The position numbers and the translations under genes are program-made. A DNA stretch of 64,000 nt from the human T2T-CHM13v2.0 reference genome, Homo sapiens, in assembly GCF_009914755.1 (NCBI RefSeq), contig NC_060941.1; one strand, written 5' to 3'. Below the pieces are notes generated by a model that made no database searches, was not told the DNA's origin, and saw only the letters and a program-made list of their open reading frames with translations. Shown piece by piece: positions 54,801 to 64,000 of this stretch. How positions within the stretch are numbered: position 1 is the first letter of the stretch; each line of letters opens with the position of its first letter.

Positions 54801-57800
54801 TTTTTGTAGAAACTGCAAGTGGATATTTGGTCCTCTCTGAGCATTTCGTTGGAAACGGGATAAACTGCACAGAACTAAACAGAAGCATTCTCAGAACCTT
54901 CTTCGTGATGTCTGCATTCAACTCACAGTGTGGAACCTTTCTTTGATAGTTCAGGTTTGAAACACTCTTTTTGTAGAAACTGCAAGGGGATAATTGCACT
55001 CTTTGAGGAGTACCGTAGTAAAGGAAATAACTTCCTATAAAAAGAAGACAGAAGCTTTCTCAGAAAATTCTTTGGGATGATTGAGTTGAACTCACAGAGC
55101 TGAGCATTCCTTGCGATGTAGCAGTTTAGAAACACACTTTCTGCAGAATCTGCAAGTGCATATTTGGACCTCTGTGAGGAATTCGTTGGAAACGGGATAA
55201 TTTCAGCTGACTAAACAGAAGCAGTCTCAGAATCTTCTTTGTGATGTTTGCATTCAAATCCCCGAGTTGAACTTTCCTTTCAAAGTTCACGTTTGAAACA
55301 CTCTTTTTGCAGGATCTACAAGTGGATATTTGGACCACTCTGTGTCCTTCGTTCGAAACGGGTATATCTTCACATGACATCTAGACAGAAGCATCCTCAG
55401 AAGCTTCTCTGTGATGACTGCATTCAACTCACGGAGTTGAACACTCCTTTTGAGAGCGCAGTTTTGAAACTCTCTTTCTGTGGCATCTGCAAGGGGACAT
55501 GTAGACCTCTTTGAAGATTTCGTTGGAAACGGAATCATCTTCACATAAAAACTATACAGATGCATTCTCAGGAACTTTTTGGTGATGTTTGTATTCAACT
55601 CCCAGAGTTGAACTTTCCTTTGGAAAGAGCAGCTATGAAACACTGTTTTTCTATAATCTGCAAGTGGACGTTTGGAGGGCTTTGTGGTTTGTGGTGGAAA
55701 AGGAAATATCTTCACCTAAATACTAGATAGAAGCATTCTCAGAAACTGCTTTGTGATGATTGCATTCACCTCACAGAGTTGAACATTCCTATTGATAGAG
55801 CAGTTTGGAAACACTCTTGTTGTGGAATGTGCAAGTGGAGATTTGGAGCGCTTTGAGGCCTATGGTAGTAAAGGGAATAGCTTCATAGAAAAACTAGACA
55901 GAAGCATTCTCAGAAAATACTTTGTGATGATTGAGTTTAACTCACAGAGCTGAACATTCCTTTGGATGGAGCAGGTTTGAGACACACCTTTTGTAGAATC
56001 TACAAGTGGATATTTGGACCTCTCTGAGGATTTCGTTGGAAACGGGATAACTGCACCTAACTAAACGGAAGCATTCTCAGAAACTTCTTGGTGATGTTTG
56101 CATTCAAATCCCAGAGTTGAACCTTCCTTTGATAGTTCAGGTTTGAAACACTCTTTTTGTAGGATCTGCAAGTGGATATTTGGACCACTCTGTGGCCTTC
56201 GTTCGAAACGGGTATATCTTCGCATAAAATCTAGACAGAAGCCTTCTCAGAAACTTCTCTGTGATGATTGCATTCAACTCACAGAGTTGAACCCTCCTAT
56301 GGATAGAGCAGTGTTGAAACTCTCTTTTTGTGGAATCTGCAAGTGGATATGTGGACCTCTCCGAAGATGTCTTTGGAAACGGGAATATCTTCACATAAAA
56401 ACTAAACAGAAGCATTCTCAGAAACTTCTCTGTGATGTTTGTGTTCAACTCCCAGAGTTTCACATTGCTTTTCATAGAGTAGTTCTGAAACATGCTTTTC
56501 GTAGTGTCTACAAGTGGACATTTGGAGCGCTTTCAGGCCTGTGGTGGAAAACGAATTATGGTCACATAAAAACTGGAGAGAAGCATTGTCAGAAACTTCT
56601 TTGTGATGATTGCATTCAACTCACAGAGTTGAAGGTTCCTTTTCAAAGAGCAGTTTCCAATCACTCTTTCTGTGGAATCTGCAAGTGGATATTTGGACCT
56701 ATTTTGAAGATTTCGTTGGAAACGGGAGAATCTTCACAGGAAAGCTAAACAGAAGCATTCTCAGAAACTTCTTTGTGATGCTTGCATTCAACTCACAGAG
56801 TTGAACTTTCCTTTCGAGAGAGAAGCTTTGAAACACTCTTTTTCCAGAATCTGCAAGTGGACATTTGGAGGGCTTTGAGGCCTGTGGTGGAAAAGGAATT
56901 ATCTTCCCGTAAAAGCTAGATAGAAGCATTCTCAGAAACTACTTTGTGATGATTGCATTCAAGTCACAGAGTTGAACATTCCCTTTGACAGAGCAGTTTG
57001 GAAACTCTCTTTGTGTAGAATCTGCAAGTGGAGATATGGACCGCTTTGAGGCCTATGGTAGTAAAGGAAATAGCTTCATATAAAAGCTAGACAGTAGCAT
57101 TCACAGAAAACTCTTGGTGACGACTGAGTTTAACTCACAGAGCTGAACATTCCTTTGGATGGAGCAGTTTCGAAACACACTATTTGTAGAATGTGCAAGT
57201 GGATATTTAGGCCTCTCTGAGGATTTCGTTGGAAACGGGATAAACCGCACAGAACTAAACAGAAGCATTCTCAGAACCTTCTTCGTGATGTTTGCATTCA
57301 ACTCACAGTGTTGAACCTTTCTTTGATAGTTCAGGTTTGAAACGGTCTTTCTGCAGAAACTGCAAGTAGATATTTGGACCGCTCTGAGGATTTCGTTGGA
57401 AACGGGATAACCCGCACAGAACTAAAACAGAAGCATTCTCAGAACCCTCTTCGTGATGTTTGCATTCAACTCACAGTGCTGAACCTTTCTTTGATAGTTC
57501 AGCTTTGAAACACTCTTTTTGTAGAAACTGCAAGTGGATATTTGGTCCTCTCTGAGCATTTCGTTGGAAACGGGATAAACTGCACAGAACTAAACAGAAG
57601 CATTCTCAGAACCTTCTTCGTGATGTCTGCATTCAACTCACAGTGTGGAACCTTTCTTTGATAGTTCAGGTTTGAAACACTCTTTTTGTAGAAACTGCAA
57701 GGGGATAATTGCACTCTTTGAGGAGTACCGTAGTAAAGGAAATAACTTCCTATAAAAAGAAGACAGAAGCTTTCTCAGAAAATTCTTTGGGATGATTGAG

Positions 57801-60800
57801 TTGAACTCACAGAGCTGAGCATTCCTTGCGATGTAGCAGTTTAGAAACACACTTTCTGCAGAATCTGCAAGTGCATATTTGGACCTCTGTGAGGAATTCG
57901 TTGGAAACGGGATAATTTCAGCTGACTAAACAGAAGCAGTCTCAGAATCTTCTTTGTGATGTTTGCATTCAAATCCCCGAGTTGAACTTTCCTTTCAAAG
58001 TTCACGTTTGAAACACTCTTTTTGCAGGATCTACAAGTGGATATTTGGACCACTCTGTGTCCTTCGTTCGAAACGGGTATATCTTCACATGACATCTAGA
58101 CAGAAGCATCCTCAGAAGCTTCTCTGTGATGACTGCATTCAACTCACGGAGTTGAACACTCCTTTTGAGAGCGCAGTTTTGAAACTCTCTTTCTGTGGCA
58201 TCTGCAAGGGGACATGTAGACCTCTTTGAAGATTTCGTTGGAAACGGAATCATCTTCACATAAAAACTACACAGATGCATTCTCAGGAACTTTTTGGTGA
58301 TGTTTGTATTCAACTCCCAGAGTTGAACTTTCCTTTGGAAAGAGCAGCTATGAAACACTGTTTTTCTATAATCTGCAAGTGGACGTTTGGAGGGCTTTGT
58401 GGTTTGTGGTGGAAAAGGAAATATCTTCACCTAAATACTAGATAGAAGCATTCTCAGAAACTGCTTTGTGATGATTGCATTCACCTCACAGAGTTGAACA
58501 TTCCTATTGATAGAGCAGTTTGGAAACACTCTTGTTGTGGAATGTGCAAGTGGAGATTTGGAGCGCTTTGAGGCCTATGGTAGTAAAGGGAATAGCTTCA
58601 TAGAAAAACTAGACAGAAGCATTCTCAGAAAATACTTTGTGATGATTGAGTTTAACTCACAGAGCTGAACATTCCTTTGGATGGAGCAGGTTTGAGACAC
58701 ACCTTTTGTAGAATCTACAAGTGGATATTTGGACCTCTCTGAGGATTTCGTTGGAAACGGGATAACTGCACCTAACTAAACGGAAGCATTCTCAGAAACT
58801 TCTTGGTGATGTTTGCATTCAAATCCCAGAGTTGAACCTTCCTTTGATAGTTCAGGTTTGAAACACTCTTTTTGTAGGATCTGCAAGTGGATATTTGGAC
58901 CACTCTGTGGCCTTCGTTCGAAACGGGTATATCTTCGCATAAAATCTAGACAGAAGCCTTCTCAGAAACTTCTCTGTGATGATTGCATTCAACTCACAGA
59001 GTTGAACCCTCCTATGGATAGAGCAGTGTTGAAACTCTCTTTTTGTGGAATCTGCAAGTGGATATGTGGACCTCTCCGAAGATGTCTTTGGAAACGGGAA
59101 TATCTTCACATAAAAACTAAACAGAAGCATTCTCAGAAACTTCTCTGTGATGTTTGTGTTCAACTCCCAGAGTTTCACATTGCTTTTCATAGAGTAGTTC
59201 TGAAACATGCTTTTCGTAGTGTCTACAAGTGGACATTTGGAGCGCTTTCAGGCCTGTGGTGGAAAACGAATTATGGTCACATAAAAACTGGAGAGAAGCA
59301 TTGTCAGAAACTTCTTTGTGATGATTGCATTCAACTCACAGAGTTGAAGGTTCCTTTTCAAAGAGCAGTTTCCAATCACTCTTTCTGTGGAATCTGCAAG
59401 TGGATATTTGGACCTATTTTGAAGATTTCGTTGGAAACGGGAGAATCTTCACAGGAAAGCTAAACAGAAGCATTCTCAGAAACTTCTTTGTGATGCTTGC
59501 ATTCAACTCACAGAGTTGAACTTTCCTTTCGAGAGAGAAGCTTTGAAACACTCTTTTTCCAGAATCTGCAAGTGGACATTTGGAGGGCTTTGAGGCCTGT
59601 GGTGGAAAAGGAATTATCTTCCCGTAAAAGCTAGATAGAAGCATTCTCAGAAACTACTTTGTGATGATTGCATTCAAGTCACAGAGTTGAACATTCCCTT
59701 TGACAGAGCAGTTTGGAAACTCTCTTTGTGTAGAATCTGCAAGTGGAGATATGGACCGCTTTGAGGCCTATGGTAGTAAAGGAAATAGCTTCATATAAAA
59801 GCTAGACAGTAGCATTCACAGAAAACTCTTGGTGACGACTGAGTTTAACTCACAGAGCTGAACATTCCTTTGGATGGAGCAGTTTCGAAACACACTATTT
59901 GTAGAATGTGCAAGTGGATATTTAGGCCTCTCTGAGGATTTCGTTGGAAACGGGATAAACCGCACAGAACTAAACAGAAGCATTCTCAGAACCTTCTTCG
60001 TGATGTTTGCATTCAACTCACAGTGTTGAACCTTTCTTTGATAGTTCAGGTTTGAAACGGTCTTTCTGTAGAAACTGCAAGTAGATATTTGGACCGCTCT
60101 GAGGATTTCGTTGGAAACGGGATAACCCGCACAGAACTGAAACAGAAGCATTCTCAGAACCCTCTTCGTGATGTTTGCATTCAACTCACAGTGCTGAACC
60201 TTTCTTTGATAGTTCAGCTTTGAAACACTCTTTTTGTAGAAACTGCAAGTGGATATTTGGTCCTCTCTGAGCATTTCGTTGGAAACGGGATAAACTGCAC
60301 AGAACTAAACAGAAGCATTCTCAGAACCTTCTTCGTGATGTCTGCATTCAACTCACAGTGTGGAACCTTTCTTTGATAGTTCAGGTTTGAAACACTCTTT
60401 TTGTAGAAACTGCAAGGGGATAATTGCACTCTTTGAGGAGTACCGTAGTAAAGGAAATAACTTCCTATAAAAAGAAGACAGAAGCTTTCTCAGAAAATTC
60501 TTTGGGATGATTGAGTTGAACTCACAGAGCTGAGCATTCCTTGCGATGTAGCAGTTTAGAAACACACTTTCTGCAGAATCTGCAAGTGCATATTTGGACC
60601 TCTGTGAGGAATTCGTTGGAAACGGGATAATTTCAGCTGACTAAACAGAAGCAGTCTCAGAATCTTCTTTGTGATGTTTGCATTCAAATCCCCGAGTTGA
60701 ACTTTCCTTTCAAAGTTCACGTTTGAAACACTCTTTTTGCAGGATCTACAAGTGGATATTTGGACCACTCTGTGTCCTTCGTTCGAAACGGGTATATCTT

Positions 60801-63800
60801 CACATGACATCTAGACAGAAGCATCCTCAGAAGCTTCTCTGTGATGACTGCATTCAACTCACGGAGTTGAACACTCCTTTTGAGAGCGCAGTTTTGAAAC
60901 TCTCTTTCTGTGGCATCTGCAAGGGGACATGTAGACCTCTTTGAAGATTTCGTTGGAAACGGAATCATCTTCACATAAAAACTATACAGATGCATTCTCA
61001 GGAACTTTTTGGTGATGTTTGTATTCAACTCCCAGAGTTGAACTTTCCTTTGGAAAGAGCAGCTATGAAACACTCTTTTTCTAGAATCTGCAAGTGGACG
61101 TTTGGAGGGCTTTGTGGTTTGTGGTGGAAAAGGAAATATCTTCACCTAAATACTAGATAGAAGCATTCTCAGAAACTGCTTTGTGATGATTGCATTCACC
61201 TCACAGAGTTGAACATTCCTATTGATAGAGCAGTTTGGAAACACTCTTGTTGTGGAATGTGCAAGTGGAGATTTGGAGCGCTTTGAGGCCTATGGTAGTA
61301 AAGGGAATAGCTTCATAGAAAAACTAGACAGAAGCATTCTCAGAAAATACTTTGTGATGATTGAGTTTAACTCACAGAGCTGAACATTCCTTTGGATGGA
61401 GCAGGTTTGAGACACACTTTTTGTAGAATCTACAAGTGGATATTTGGACCTCTCTGAGGATTTCGTTGGAAACGGGATAACTGCACCTAACTAAACGGAA
61501 GCATTCTCAGAAACTTCTTGGTGATGTTTGCATTCAAATCCCAGAGTTGAACCTTCCTTTGATAGTTCAGGTTTGAAACACTCTTTTTGTAGGATCTGCA
61601 AGTGGATATTTGGACCACTCTGTGGCCTTCGTTCGAAACGGGTATATCTTCGCATAAAATCTAGACAGAAGCCTTCTCAGAAACTTCTCTGTGATGATTG
61701 CATTCAACTCACAGAGTTGAACCCTCCTATGGATAGAGCAGTGTTGAAACTCTCTTTTTGTGGAATCTGCAAGTGGATATGTGGACCTCTCCGAAGATGT
61801 CTTTGGAAACGGGAATATCTTCACATAAAAACTAAACAGAAGCATTCTCAGAAACTTCTCTGTGATGTTTGTGTTCAACTCCCAGAGTTTCACATTGCTT
61901 TTCATAGAGTAGTTCTGAAACATGCTTTTCGTAGTGTCTACAAGTGGACATTTGGAGCGCTTTCAGGCCTGTGGTGGAAAACGAATTATGGTCACATAAA
62001 AACTGGAGAGAAGCATTGTCAGAAACTTCTTTGTGATGATTGCATTCAACTCACAGAGTTGAAGGTTCCTTTTCAAAGAGCAGTTTCCAATCACTCTTTC
62101 TGTGGAATCTGCAAGTGGATATTTGGACCTATTTTGAAGATTTCGTTGGAAACGGGAGAATCTTCACAGGAAAGCTAAACAGAAGCATTCTCAGAAACTT
62201 CTTTGTGATGCTTGCATTCAACTCACAGAGTTGAACTTTCCTTTCGAGAGAGAAGCTTTGAAACACTCTTTTTCCAGAATCTGCAAGTGGACATTTGGAG
62301 GGCTTTGAGGCCTGTGGTGGAAAAGGAATTATCTTCCCGTAAAAGCTAGATAGAAGCATTCTCAGAAACTACTTTGTGATGATTGCATTCAAGTCACAGA
62401 GTTGAACATTCCCTTTGACAGAGCAGTTTGGAAACTCTCTTTGTGTAGAATCTGCAAGTGGAGATATGGACCGCTTTGAGGCCTATGGTAGTAAAGGAAA
62501 TAGCTTCATATAAAAGCTAGACAGTAGCATTCACAGAAAACTCTTGGTGACGACTGAGTTTAACTCACAGAGCTGAACATTCCTTTGGATGGAGCAGTTT
62601 CGAAACACACTATTTGTAGAATGTGCAAGTGGATATTTAGGCCTCTCTGAGGATTTCGTTGGAAACGGGATAAACCGCACAGAACTAAACAGAAGCATTC
62701 TCAGAACCTTCTTCGTGATGTTTGCATTCAACTCACAGTGTTGAACCTTTCTTTGATAGTTCAGGTTTGAAACGGTCTTTCTGCAGAAACTGCAAGTAGA
62801 TATTTGGACCGCTCTGAGGATTTCGTTGGAAACGGGATAACCCGCACAGAACTAAAACAGAAGCATTCTCAGAACCCTCTTCGTGATGTTTGCATTCAAC
62901 TCACAGTGCTGAACCTTTCTTTGATAGTTCAGCTTTGAAACACTCTTTTTGTAGAAACTGCAAGTGGATATTTGGTCCTCTCTGAGCATTTCGTTGGAAA
63001 CGGGATAAACTGCACAGAACTAAACAGAAGCATTCTCAGAACCTTCTTCGTGATGTCTGCATTCAACTCACAGTGTGGAACCTTTCTTTGATAGTTCAGG
63101 TTTGAAACACTCTTTTTGTAGAAACTGCAAGGGGATAATTGCACTCTTTGAGGAGTACCGTAGTAAAGGAAATAACTTCCTATAAAAAGAAGACAGAAGC
63201 TTTCTCAGAAAATTCTTTGGGATGATTGAGTTGAACTCACAGAGCTGAGCATTCCTTGCGATGTAGCAGTTTAGAAACACACTTTCTGCAGAATCTGCAA
63301 GTGCATATTTGGACCTCTGTGAGGAATTCGTTGGAAACGGGATAATTTCAGCTGACTAAACAGAAGCAGTCTCAGAATCTTCTTTGTGATGTTTGCATTC
63401 AAATCCCCGAGTTGAACTTTCCTTTCAAAGTTCACGTTTGAAACACTCTTTTTGCAGGATCTACAAGTGGATATTTGGACCACTCTGTGTCCTTCGTTCG
63501 AAACGGGTATATCTTCACATGACATCTAGACAGAAGCATCCTCAGAAGCTTCTCTGTGATGACTGCATTCAACTCACGGAGTTGAACACTCCTTTTGAGA
63601 GCGCAGTTTTGAAACTCTCTTTCTGTGGCATCTGCAAGGGGACATGTAGACCTCTTTGAAGATTTCGTTGGAAACGGAATCATCTTCACATAAAAACTAT
63701 ACAGATGCATTCTCAGGAACTTTTTGGTGATGTTTGTATTCAACTCCCAGAGTTGAACTTTCCTTTGGAAAGAGCAGCTATGAAACACTCTTTTTCTAGA

Positions 63801-64000
63801 ATCTGCAAGTGGACGTTTGGAGGGCTTTGTGGTTTGTGGTGGAAAAGGAAATATCTTCACCTAAATACTAGATAGAAGCATTCTCAGAAACTGCTTTGTG
63901 ATGATTGCATTCACCTCACAGAGTTGAACATTCCTATTGATAGAGCAGTTTGGAAACACTCTTGTTGTGGAATGTGCAAGTGGAGATTTGGAGCGCTTTG

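Larger units (their letters stand above)
1..64000 (+). repeat. Alpha-satellite higher-order repeat array, 2715-bp 16-mer, about 23.6 tandem copies; most likely human chr17 centromeric D17Z1 (SF3)
   Basis: Seen: alphoid motifs (CATTCTCAGAAAC, TTCAACTCACAGAGTTGAAC, TTTGAAACACTC, CTGCAAGTGGATATTTGG) recur every 167-172 bp, and the ORF track repeats at exactly 2715 bp (e.g. 1796, 4511, 7226 ...). Unit starts: 1, 2716, 5431, 8146, 10861, 13576, 16291, 19006, 21721, 24436, 27151, 29866, 32581, 35296, 38011, 40726, 43441, 46156, 48873, 51588, 54303, 57018, 59733, 62448 (partial). Established: D17Z1 is a 2.7-kb EcoRI-defined pentamer-derived 16-mer. Alpha-satellite identity is essentially certain; the D17Z1 assignment is from recall, not a search. 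Confidence 0.95.

Noticed and set aside
54386-54844. Longer 152-aa minus-strand ORF in U21 (also 59816-60274 in U23)
   Set aside because: It arises from a single A>G at offset 407 removing a stop codon. It is useful as a variant marker only.
84-63860. All other short ORFs on both strands forming an apparent repeated gene cluster
   Set aside because: They overlap each other in several frames, consist of satellite-derived peptides (KLLCDDCIQLTEL, KYPLAD, FPFPTKSS), and show no recognisable domain or gene structure.
1-64000. A hidden insertion (L1/Alu, gene, viral or synthetic segment) or an inversion
   Set aside because: The 2715-bp phase holds across the window apart from one +2 shift, and the orientation never changes, leaving no room for an inserted element.

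Overview
The whole 64 kb window is one uninterrupted, single-orientation array of primate (human-type) alpha-satellite centromeric DNA. About 171-bp monomers are organised into a 16-monomer, 2715-bp higher-order repeat (HOR) present in about 23.6 tandem copies, numbered U1-U24 here (starts 1, 2716, 5431 ... 46156, then 48873 ... 62448 after a 2-bp insertion). Unit length, 16-mer organisation, a pentameric (suprachromosomal family 3) substructure with a triplicated monomer, and one fixed EcoRI site per unit match my recollection of the chromosome 17 array D17Z1; I could not confirm this by search. Each unit has 8 intact and 2 degenerate CENP-B boxes. I found no genes, transposons, inversions or shorter HOR variants, and every ORF is a repeat artefact. 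I see no support for a new gene-based system. The informative signal is in about 33 variable sites read by eye across units. They show a nested haplotype block, a staircase of locally shared variants, 2-HOR super-periods, short conversion-like tracts, a four-gamete failure over 27 bp, and an apparent strand-asymmetric excess of T>C changes, many creating CpG. 'Offset' means position within a unit, numbered as in U1. All variant calls are manual and need confirming by alignment.
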